NCBI GenBank assembly: GCA_947456005.1
Contig: CANGRP010000001.1
Span: forward strand, 1-41,297
Direction: 5' to 3'
Length of the DNA: 41,297 nt
DNA from: Caulobacteraceae bacterium
GTDB lineage: Bacteria; Pseudomonadota; Alphaproteobacteria; Caulobacterales; Caulobacteraceae
The notes under the pieces are model-generated. The model made no database searches. It saw only the letters and a list, made by a program, of their open reading frames with translations, and had not been told where the DNA came from. Of the stretch, positions 32,573-40,122 are shown in pieces. A program made the translations under genes and the position numbers. Numbering within the stretch: position 1 is the first letter of the stretch; each line of letters opens with the position of its first letter.

Positions 32573-33658
32573 ATGTCGCACAACACCTTCGGGAACCTGT
32601 TCCGCGTGACCACCTGGGGCGAGAGCCACGGGCCCGCCCTGGGGTGCGTGGTGGATGGCTGCCCGCCCGGCCTGTCCCTGACGCCGGCGGACATCCAGGT
32701 CTTTCTGGACCAGCGCCGGCCTGGGCAAGGCAAGTTCGTGACCCAGAGACAGGAGCCCGACGCCGTGCGGATTCTGTCCGGAGTCTTCGAGGACGAGCGA
32801 ACCGGTGGGCCGGTCACCACCGGGACGCCCATCTCGCTGATGATCGAGAACGTCGACCAGCGCAGCCGCGACTATTCCGAGATCGCCCGGGCCTACCGGC
32901 CGGGCCACGCGGACTACACCTACGACGCCAAGTACGGTGTCCGCGACTATCGGGGCGGGGGTCGGTCCTCGGCGCGGGAGACCGCGGCGCGGGTGGCGGC
33001 GGGCGCCGTCGCCCGCAAGGTCATTCCCGGGGTCTCCCTCCGGGCGGCGGTCGTGCAGATCGGGCCTCACGCCATCGACCGGTCCCGCTTCGACTGGGAC
33101 CAGCGGACCGAGAATCCCTTCTGGGCCCCGGACGCCGGCATTGTTGCAGTCTGGGAGTCCCATCTCGAGCAGGTGCGCAAGGCCGGCTCGTCCACGGGGG
33201 CGATCATCGAGGTCGAGGCGACTGGGGTTCCCGCCGGATGGGGCGCCCCCCTCTACGGCAAGCTGGACGCCGAACTGGCCGCCGCCCTGATGTCGATCAA
33301 CGCCGCCAAGGGCGTGGAGATCGGCGACGGCTTCGCTTCCGCAGCCCTCTCCGGCGAGGAGAACGCAGACGAGATGCGGATGGGGCCTGAGGGTCCTGTC
33401 TTCCTGTCAAATCATGCCGGGGGAATCCTCGGAGGAATCTCCAGTGGCCAGCCTGTGACCGCCCGGGTCGCCTTCAAGCCGACCTCCTCGATCCTCACCC
33501 TGCGCCGCTCGATCAACGCTGATGGTGAGGAAATCGACCTGCGCACCAAGGGGCGGCACGACCCCTGCGTCGGCATCCGCGCCGTGCCCGTGGTCGAGGC
33601 CATGACCGCATGCGTCCTGGCCGACGCCTTCCTGAGGCAAAGGGGCCAGGTCGGCTAG
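32573..33658 (+). CDS. aroC: Chorismate synthase
   Basis: [36 protein letters not shown]. Confidence 0.97.
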   Translation: MSHNTFGNLFRVTTWGESHGPALGCVVDGCPPGLSLTPADIQVFLDQRRPGQGKFVTQRQEPDAVRILSGVFEDERTGGPVTTGTPISLMIENVDQRSRDYSEIARAYRPGHADYTYDAKYGVRDYRGGGRSSARETAARVAAGAVARKVIPGVSLRAAVVQIGPHAIDRSRFDWDQRTENPFWAPDAGIVAVWESHLEQVRKAGSSTGAIIEVEATGVPAGWGAPLYGKLDAELAAALMSINAAKGVEIGDGFASAALSGEENADEMRMGPEGPVFLSNHAGGILGGISSGQPVTARVAFKPTSSILTLRRSINADGEEIDLRTKGRHDPCVGIRAVPVVEAMTACVLADAFLRQRGQVG

Positions 33659-33677
33659 GCGGCGGTCCCGCGCGACG

Positions 33678-34820
33678 TCACCAGGCGGCCTTGTAAAGCG
33701 CCTCTAGGGAGTCTGCGTCCACAGGGCGCGGGTTGGACCGGTTCACGGGATCGGCGACCGCATCCTCGATGAGGGTTCGGAGAAGGCCTTCAGACCCGCC
33801 CAGGTCTCGGATCGAACGTGAGAGGCCGAGATCGTCGCGCAGGGCAAGGACCGCAGCGACGGCGCCCTCTGGGGTTGGCGACAACTCCGGCGCCAGGCAC
33901 TCCGCTACGGTCCTGTATTTGTCGCCGGCGACGGGCAGGTTGAAGGTCATGACATGGGGCAGCATGGTCGCCAGGGTCTGGCCGTGCGCCGCCGACAGCC
34001 TTGCCGAGAGCGCGTGACCGGTCCCATGCGCAGAGCCCAGTCCGGCGACGTTGAAGGCGATGGCCGCCATACTCGAGGCCAGCAGCATGTTGGACCGGGC
34101 CTCCAGGTCCGAACCGTCCCGGACGACGCTGCGGGCGTGGGACGCGACAAGCCGGATGGCCTCCAGGGCGACGGTGTCCGAGTAGGGTGTGGCGCGCAGG
34201 GCGACCAGTGCTTCGACCGCGTGGGTCAGGACGTCGAAGGCGCAGGTTGCGGTGGGATAGGCCGGTAGACCGAGGGTCAGCTTCGGGTCCAGAACGGCCA
34301 CAACGGGGGTGATGCTGGGGTGCATGACATAGGTCTTGCGACCCATCTGGCTGTCGGTGATCACGCAGGCGCTGTTGGTCTCGGATCCGGTTCCAGCGGT
34401 CGTCGGCACCGCAATGACTGGCGCTCCTGGATGTGCAGGCGCGTTCGCCTGGAGAGCGGGTATGGTCTCTGCGTTCCGCGCCAGAAGAGCGATCGCCTTG
34501 CCGCAATCCATGGACGAGCCGCCTCCGAAGGCGATGACCCCCGCGGAGCCAAGTCGCCGGAGTTGCTCGGCTCCGGCTTCGACATTTCGGTCCGTGGGAT
34601 TCGGCTCGACCCCGTCGAAGACCTCCACCCCGATGCCCGCCTTCCGCAGGGCGTCGATGACGGGTTCCGCCAGTCCGGTCCTGCGAAGGGACTGGTCGGT
34701 CACGAATAGGACGGCCGTCAGCCCCAGGGACTTCACGTGACCCGCAAGCTGGAGGCTCGAATCGTTGCCGAAGACCAGGGTCGGCAGCGGGCGGATCACA
34801 AAGGACTGTCCTGAGAGCAT
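33678..34820 (-). CDS. Iron-containing (group III) alcohol dehydrogenase
   Basis: VEPNP, GGGSSMD.GK, PTTAGTGSE, D.LTH..E, H...H.LS...HG metal ligands; start ATG 34820. Confidence 0.92.
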   Translation of the reverse strand: MLSGQSFVIRPLPTLVFGNDSSLQLAGHVKSLGLTAVLFVTDQSLRRTGLAEPVIDALRKAGIGVEVFDGVEPNPTDRNVEAGAEQLRRLGSAGVIAFGGGSSMDCGKAIALLARNAETIPALQANAPAHPGAPVIAVPTTAGTGSETNSACVITDSQMGRKTYVMHPSITPVVAVLDPKLTLGLPAYPTATCAFDVLTHAVEALVALRATPYSDTVALEAIRLVASHARSVVRDGSDLEARSNMLLASSMAAIAFNVAGLGSAHGTGHALSARLSAAHGQTLATMLPHVMTFNLPVAGDKYRTVAECLAPELSPTPEGAVAAVLALRDDLGLSRSIRDLGGSEGLLRTLIEDAVADPVNRSNPRPVDADSLEALYKAAW

Positions 34821-34842
34821 CTGGGGTTCCCTTTCCGGAGCG

Positions 34843-35058
34843 TTAGGCGTCAAAGGTCTGTGGGGCCGAAGGCGACTGCCCGAGCTCCATGAGGATCTGG
34901 TGGACCGCATCCACGAGAGCCGCTTGGGGAACCCACTCAGCCTGGGCCGCCGCGACGCCGGGGTCCAGCAGACGCCGGGCGCGCTCTACGTCCTCCTGAT
35001 GCACACTGCGCAGGAGCTCCAGCTTCTCGTGGTCGTTGAGTCTTTGCCGGATTGACAT
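34843..35058 (-). CDS. Hypothetical 71-aa protein
   Basis: Strong RBS GGGAGG upstream of ATG; sits between a promoter/Zur-type box and the ADH gene (22-bp gap); helical-looking sequence. Confidence 0.65.
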   Translation of the reverse strand: MSIRQRLNDHEKLELLRSVHQEDVERARRLLDPGVAAAQAEWVPQAALVDAVHQILMELGQSPSAPQTFDA

Positions 35059-35110
35059 TGAAGACCTCCCGAACTCGACGGCGATGGACTGGCGGCCACC
35101 AGAAAAAGTA

Positions 35111-35127
35111 ATGATATACTATAACAC
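35111..35127. promoter_or_regulatory. Zur-type box ATGATATACTATAACAC overlapping a sigma70 -10
   Basis: Two mismatches to ATGTTATAnTATAACAT; minus-strand promoter TGGACG (35146-35141)-N17-TATAGT (35123-35118) with extended TGn. Confidence 0.7.
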
Positions 35128-35543
35128 TAAGATTCCAGGGCGTCCACTGGCGGTGGTTGACCGGTCGCTCTGCGCCCCTTCCTGCAGGAGGGCCCTGGGC
35201 CTGTCGGTTCGATTTCACGGGCCTCGCTGCAGAGGAATGAGCCGGACCTCCTGGCTCCGGAGGTTACAGCGACGTAGGCGCGAAGCGGGCTGATCCGGAT
35301 GACCTGGCCTGAAGCCCTGAGAGACCTGATCGCCCGTCGAAGGGCGGCTGGCTGCGGCCCAACGCGAACATCCTCCCTGATCCGGGCTTCGATCTGCGGC
35401 AGCGTCATGGGGACCCTGGCGCAGCGGAGCGCCAAAAGGACGGCGGATGACAGACCCGACTCCCCGGTTGTGGGCTCGTCAGGCGGAAGGCTTACGGGCC
35501 CCTCGAAGCCAAGATAAGTGGGCGCCCTCGAAAGCCGCATCAT
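35127..35543 (-). CDS. Degenerate Fur/Zur-like winged-helix protein (possibly a pseudogene)
   Basis: [30 protein letters not shown] resembles the Zur recognition helix/wing (PPTVYRAL.FL...G.VHRIESLNAYVA); no CxxC motifs; ATGA overlap with COG0523 stop. Confidence 0.5.
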   Translation of the reverse strand: MMRLSRAPTYLGFEGPVSLPPDEPTTGESGLSSAVLLALRCARVPMTLPQIEARIREDVRVGPQPAALRRAIRSLRASGQVIRISPLRAYVAVTSGARRSGSFLCSEAREIEPTGPGPSCRKGRRATGQPPPVDALES

Positions 35544-36745
35544 TGCACCGTGTCGGCAGGTCCCCAGGCGGGGAAGGGGTCTGGCAAGCGGGCCCAGGCC
35601 TTTGGGCCCTTCTGCATCTCGGAGGGGGTCAGGAGGGCGGAGTCGAACATGGCTGTGAGCGCGGCCCGGTCCATGTCCTTGCCGATCAGGACGATTTCCT
35701 GCCGACGGTCGCCGTGAGGACTGCGCCAGACGTTCGAGAGGAAAAGGCGGCTCTCCGGATCTTGCGGGCGCTTCTCAGGCGGGATGGACGCCCACCAGTA
35801 ACCGCCCCATTCATGGGTTGCAGCCGCCCCCGCCTGGCTCCAGGAGCCCACAAAGCGCATCCGGGTCGCCAGCCAGAAGAACCCCTTGGATCGCCACACC
35901 CCCCGCCACTCGGCGTCCAGGATCGTCTTCAGGCGCATCGGGTGAAAGGGGCGACGCGCACGGTAGACAAAGCTGGAGACCCCGTATTCCTCGGTCTCGG
36001 GCGTCTTGCCGAACTCCAGCGCCTGCCGCCAGCCGGCAGCGCTCTGGGCGCGCGCCATGTCAAAGAGGCCGGTGTCGAGGATTTCGCCGAGGGGCGCAGC
36101 GCCCCGCTCCGCATGTACGATCCGGGCCAGCGGGTTCAGCTGGCGGCAGAGCGCCTCGACCACCGCCAACTCCGCCGGTGAGACAAGGTCGGTCTTGTTC
36201 AAGACCAGGACATCGGCGAACTCGATCTGGTCGACGAGCAAATCGACGACGGTTCGGGCGTCCTCTTCGCCGAGGCTCTCGCCGCGATCGGCAAGGAAGT
36301 CGCTGGAGCCATAGTCCCGGTGGAAGTTGAAGGCGTCCACCACCGTGACCATCGTGTCCAGCCGCGAGACGTCCCGGAGGCTTTCACCGTCCTCGGCGAT
36401 GAAGTCAAAGGTGGCCGCCACGGGCATGGGTTCCGAGATGCCGGTGCTTTCAATAAGGAGGTAGTCGAAACGCCCCTCGGCGGCGAGGCGCCGAACCTCT
36501 GCTAGCAGGTCCTCTCGCAGGGTGCAGCAGATGCACCCGTTGGACATTTCCACGAGGCGCTCTTCGGTCCGCGACAGGTCTGCGCCGCCCTGGCGGACCA
36601 GCGCTCCGTCGATATTGACCTCGCTCATGTCGTTCACGATGACAGCGACGCGCAAGCCTTCGCGGTTTCGCAGAACATGGTTCAGCAGGGTGGTCTTTCC
36701 GGCGCCGAGGAAGCCGGACAGGACAGTGACGGGCAGTTGGACCAA
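35540..36745 (-). CDS. COG0523 G3E GTPase zinc metallochaperone (ZigA/YciC-like)
   Basis: [32 protein letters not shown] (CxCC), [27 protein letters not shown]; TTG start with GGAGG RBS. Confidence 0.95.
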   Translation of the reverse strand: MVQLPVTVLSGFLGAGKTTLLNHVLRNREGLRVAVIVNDMSEVNIDGALVRQGGADLSRTEERLVEMSNGCICCTLREDLLAEVRRLAAEGRFDYLLIESTGISEPMPVAATFDFIAEDGESLRDVSRLDTMVTVVDAFNFHRDYGSSDFLADRGESLGEEDARTVVDLLVDQIEFADVLVLNKTDLVSPAELAVVEALCRQLNPLARIVHAERGAAPLGEILDTGLFDMARAQSAAGWRQALEFGKTPETEEYGVSSFVYRARRPFHPMRLKTILDAEWRGVWRSKGFFWLATRMRFVGSWSQAGAAATHEWGGYWWASIPPEKRPQDPESRLFLSNVWRSPHGDRRQEIVLIGKDMDRAALTAMFDSALLTPSEMQKGPKAWARLPDPFPAWGPADTVQ

Positions 36746-36768
36746 GGACGTCCTCCAGGACTGGATTT

Positions 36769-36785
36769 ATGTTACAATATAACAT
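36769..36785. promoter_or_regulatory. Zur box ATGTTACAATATAACAT between divergent COG0523 and MerC-domain genes
   Basis: One mismatch from a perfect palindrome; contains TGnTACAAT (+) and TGnTATATT (-) extended -10-like elements. Confidence 0.8.
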
Positions 36786-36826
36786 AGCTAGAGACCTCCA
36801 GTCTGTCGGGCAAGGTGCAATCAGGA

Positions 36827-37228
36827 ATGTCAGTCTCTTCGAGCCGTGTGCCGGACGCCGTGGCCGTCGGAGTTTCGGGTCTCTGCCTGGCGCACTGCCT
36901 GGCGCTACCGGCCCTTGCGGCGGTCGTTCCCCTCTTCGGCGCGCTGTCCCACGCCGGATGGGTCCACGTCCTCTTCTTCTGCGCGGCGGCGCCGGTGTCC
37001 GCCCTGGCCCTGAGGACTACGGGCGGCTGGCGTCACGCCGGCGTCAGGGCCCTCTTCCTTCTGGGTGTCGCCGGCCTGGCCGCCGGCCTTCCCTGGGGGT
37101 GGCCTGCTGAGTGGATCGAGGTCGCCCTGACCAGTCTCGGCGGCGTTGCGCTGGTCGCCGCCCACCTCCTCAATCTCCGTCGGCGCGCCCTTCACCCGGC
37201 GCCTGTCGCCATGGCCGCAGAGAATTGA
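36827..37228 (+). CDS. MerC-domain membrane protein
   Basis: D..A...SGLCLAHCLALP, WVH, GWRH, C-terminal G...LVAAH.LN; four TM segments. Confidence 0.85.
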   Translation: MSVSSSRVPDAVAVGVSGLCLAHCLALPALAAVVPLFGALSHAGWVHVLFFCAAAPVSALALRTTGGWRHAGVRALFLLGVAGLAAGLPWGWPAEWIEVALTSLGGVALVAAHLLNLRRRALHPAPVAMAAEN

Positions 37229-37314
37229 CGAGAGCGCCTGCGCCCACCATCTAGCGGGTTCAGGGCTTCCGCGCCCTTTCTCCCCGTTCTTTCGAAAGAG
37301 CCAGGATCCCCGAC

Positions 37315-38040
37315 ATGCCCGCCCTCGTCCGAATCGCCGCCGCCGCCCTCGTCCTGGGCCTTGCCGGCCCCGCCCTGGCCGCTCCGGCTGCATCGCCCGC
37401 CCCCGCCCCCGCCGCTGAGGCCTTCAGCCTGGCGCCCCTGCCCTATGCCTATGAGGCGCTGGAGCCGGTGATCGACGCCCAGACCATGCGCATCCATCAC
37501 GGCAGGCATCACCAGGGCTATGTGAACAACCTCAACGCCGCCGTGAAGGCCAACCCGTCGCTGCAGGGCAAGTCCCTTGAGGCCCTGATGGGCGAGGTGC
37601 AGAACCATCCTCCGGCGCTTCGCAACAATGGCGGCGGCCATTACAACCACACCCTCTTCTGGAAGCTGATGGCGCCGCAAGGACAGGGTGGCGCGCCATC
37701 TCAGGCCCTGGTCGCCCAGATCGGCAAGGACTTCGGCTCCATGGAGGCCTTCAAGGAGGCGTTCCAGGCCGCGGGCGCCCAGAGGTTCGGCTCCGGCTGG
37801 GCCTGGCTGGTCTGGACCGGCGACAAGCTCGTCGTGACCAGCACGCCCAATCAGGACAATCCCCTGATGGGCGACGCCCCGGTCAAGGGCGCCCCGGTCA
37901 TCGCCAACGATGTCTGGGAGCACGCCTACTACCTGAAGCACCAGAACAACCGCGGCGCCTACCTGTCCAGTTGGTGGACCGTGCTGAACTGGAACGAAGC
38001 CAACCGCCTGTTCGAGGCGGCCACCCGCAAGGGCAAGTAG
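37315..38040 (+). CDS. Fe/Mn superoxide dismutase, Mn-type signature, with signal peptide
   Basis: LPYAYEALEP, HHGRHH, NNGGGHYNH, FGSGWAW, NQDNP, DVWEHAYY; N-terminal Sec signal ending ALA. Confidence 0.93.
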   Translation: MPALVRIAAAALVLGLAGPALAAPAASPAPAPAAEAFSLAPLPYAYEALEPVIDAQTMRIHHGRHHQGYVNNLNAAVKANPSLQGKSLEALMGEVQNHPPALRNNGGGHYNHTLFWKLMAPQGQGGAPSQALVAQIGKDFGSMEAFKEAFQAAGAQRFGSGWAWLVWTGDKLVVTSTPNQDNPLMGDAPVKGAPVIANDVWEHAYYLKHQNNRGAYLSSWWTVLNWNEANRLFEAATRKGK

Positions 38041-38043
38041 GCC

Positions 38044-38418
38044 TCAGCCCAGGGTCAGGGTACAGGACTCGCCGAGTGTCGGGCGGGACACCGTGACCCT
38101 CGAAAGCCCGGGATAGCGTGCGGCGAGGCGGTCGGCGAACCAGGCGCAGAGGGTCTCCAGTGTGGGGTGCTCAAGCCCGGGCTTGTCGTTCAGCAGGCCA
38201 TGGTCGAGCTCGCCCGCCGCCGACCTCAGATCGGCGTCGAGGTCCGCAAGGTCGGCGACCCAGCCTACAGGACCGCCGGGCGCGCCCCGGACTGAGGCTT
38301 CGACCCGGAAGGAATGGCCATGCAGCTGACGGTAGGGCCGGTGCTCCGGGCCCTCGGACAGATAGTGCGCGGCGTCAAAGGTCGCGGCCTTGGTGATTTC
38401 AAACGTACGCTGGGTCAT
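38044..38418 (-). CDS. queD: 6-carboxy-5,6,7,8-tetrahydropterin synthase (COG0720)
   Basis: FDAAH, LHGHSF, LDH..LN, PTLE; last gene of the queCED operon. Confidence 0.85.
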   Translation of the reverse strand: MTQRTFEITKAATFDAAHYLSEGPEHRPYRQLHGHSFRVEASVRGAPGGPVGWVADLADLDADLRSAAGELDHGLLNDKPGLEHPTLETLCAWFADRLAARYPGLSRVTVSRPTLGESCTLTLG

Positions 38419-38441
38419 GTCGGGCGGGGCCGGCGAACCGG

Positions 38442-39074
38442 TCAGGGGATGCCGAGGGTTTTGTGGGTCTGCACGCTTAAACGCCACCGTGGGTGCGAAA
38501 GGCAATAGTCGATCGCCGCCTGGGTGTTCTCGGCAAGGCGCGGGCCATCCATGGGCTGCAGGAGAAAGCGTTCGAAGTCCCAGGCCTCGAAGGTCACCGG
38601 GTCGACACCCGGCTGGGGGAAGACCAGCTTGAGCTCCCGCCCCGACCTCTGGACCACCGGGACCTGGCCCTTGGGGCTGACGCAGATCCAGTCGATCCCG
38701 GGCGGGCAGGGCAGGGACCCGTTGGTCTCCAGGGCGATGTCGAACCCCCGGGCGTGGAGGGAGTCTACCAGGGCCGGGTCAACCTGAAGGAGGGGTTCTC
38801 CTCCTGTGAGCACCACCAGGCGGTCATCGGCGCCGCCCCGCCAGGCGGCCAGGACGGCGTCCGCCAAGGCCTCCGCCGTTGCGAAACGGCCTCCGCCCGG
38901 TCCGTCCATGCCCACGAAGTCCGTGTCGCAGAAGTTACAGGCGGCGTCGGCGCGGTCCTCCTCGCGACCGGACCAGAGGTTGCAGCCGGCGAACCGGCAG
39001 AAGACCGCGGCCCGGCCCGCCTGGCCGCCCTCGCCCTGGAGGGTCAGGAAGATCTCCTTGACGGCGTAGCTCAT
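38442..39074 (-). CDS. queE: 7-carboxy-7-deazaguanine synthase, Cx14CxxC type radical SAM
   Basis: [50 protein letters not shown]. Confidence 0.95.
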   Translation of the reverse strand: MSYAVKEIFLTLQGEGGQAGRAAVFCRFAGCNLWSGREEDRADAACNFCDTDFVGMDGPGGGRFATAEALADAVLAAWRGGADDRLVVLTGGEPLLQVDPALVDSLHARGFDIALETNGSLPCPPGIDWICVSPKGQVPVVQRSGRELKLVFPQPGVDPVTFEAWDFERFLLQPMDGPRLAENTQAAIDYCLSHPRWRLSVQTHKTLGIP

Positions 39075-39793
39075 GCCGAAAGGACGGGTCGCCCCGCCGC
39101 ATCCCATTCCCGCCATCCGCGGGCGCGCAGATCGCAGGCCGGACAGGCGCCGCAGCCGTGGCCCCAGTCATGGCGCACGCCGCGTTCGCCCGCATAGCAG
39201 GTGTGGGTGTCCTCCAGGGTGATGTCCACCAGAGCCTGGCCGCCCAGCTCATAGGCCAGGGCCCAGGTCTGAGCCTTGGTCAGTCGCATGAGCGGGGTGT
39301 CGATCACGAAGGCCTGGTCCATCCCCAGGTTCAGGGCGGCCTGAAGGGCGTCGAGCGTATCCCGGCGGCAGTCGGGATAACCAGAGAAGTCCGTCTCGCA
39401 CATGCCGCCGACCAGGCGCTTCAGAGCCCGGCGATCCGCGAGCGCCGCGGCCCAGGTCAGGAAGACGAGGTTGCGCCCCGGAACAAAGGTGTTGGGCAGG
39501 CCGCGAGCGTCCATCTCGAAGGCCCGCGCCGACGTCAGGGCGGTGTCGCCAATGGCCCCGAAGGCGGACAGATCCAGGCGGTGGTCCTGTCCCAGACGGG
39601 CGGACCAGGCGGGGAAGGCGGTGCGCATGCGCGCCAGCACGGTGGTCCTCTGGGCCATCTCCACCGCATGGCGCTGCCCATAGTCGAAACCGACGGTTTC
39701 GACATGGGCGTAGCGGTCGAGCGCCCAGGCGAGGCAGGCGGTGGAGTCCTGCCCGCCCGAGAACAGCACGAGGGCGTGGTCCGGCGGGAACAT
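39071..39793 (-). CDS. queC: 7-cyano-7-deazaguanine synthase
   Basis: [37 protein letters not shown]; start ATG 39793. Confidence 0.96.
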   Translation of the reverse strand: MFPPDHALVLFSGGQDSTACLAWALDRYAHVETVGFDYGQRHAVEMAQRTTVLARMRTAFPAWSARLGQDHRLDLSAFGAIGDTALTSARAFEMDARGLPNTFVPGRNLVFLTWAAALADRRALKRLVGGMCETDFSGYPDCRRDTLDALQAALNLGMDQAFVIDTPLMRLTKAQTWALAYELGGQALVDITLEDTHTCYAGERGVRHDWGHGCGACPACDLRARGWREWDAAGRPVLSA

Positions 39794-39884
39794 GTGCTTC
39801 AATACCCCCGCTCTCGCTGCGAAGCAAAATGGCGGTCTCCCTGTTGCGCCGGGACTTCCGGGTCTCCCGCCTTGCCCTGTTGAG

Positions 39885-39900
39885 CTGACAACCTTGTCAG
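39885..39900. promoter_or_regulatory. Palindrome CTGACAA-CC-TTGTCAG (candidate operator)
   Basis: Perfect 7-bp arms; degenerate second copy TTGGCAACAGTGTCAG at 39915-39930. Confidence 0.5.
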
Positions 39901-39935
39901 AACCGCTGTGTTTCTTGGCAACAGTGTCAGCCTGT

Positions 39936-39977
39936 TGCGCGCAAAGCGTCCGATTGTGCGCGCAAAGCGTCCGATTG
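39936..39977. repeat. Perfect 21-bp tandem repeat x2 (TGCGCGCAAAGCGTCCGATTG)
   Basis: Copies at 39936-39956 and 39957-39977 read directly. Confidence 0.9.
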
Positions 39978-40122
39978 ACGCCACCGAGCCAGTTGACTTC
40001 CCGCGCCCATGCCCCGACATCCCCACACAAGACCGGCGCCTTGCCGGCGCGTCCGCATTCGCGCGGGCGCTCGAACCGGAGACGGCGGCCGTTACAAAGT
40101 CCGTCCCGACAGGAGGAGTTGC

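Noticed and set aside
35540-36745. CobW (cobalamin) or nitrile hydratase activator assignment
   Set aside because: No cob or NHase genes adjacent; the Zur box favours the zinc-chaperone subgroup
36827-37228. Mercury-resistance operon or transposon
   Set aside because: No merR, merA, merT or transposase; context is a Zur-type box
33659-37314. Islet as a mobile element
   Set aside because: No integrase, transposase, tRNA or flanking direct repeats seen
39936-39977. Possible CRISPR array
   Set aside because: Only two adjacent copies, no spacer, no cas genes
39794-40122. preQ1 riboswitch before queC or cobalamin riboswitch before the TonB receptor
   Set aside because: No recognisable conserved aptamer motifs by eye; an Rfam/Infernal scan would be decisive
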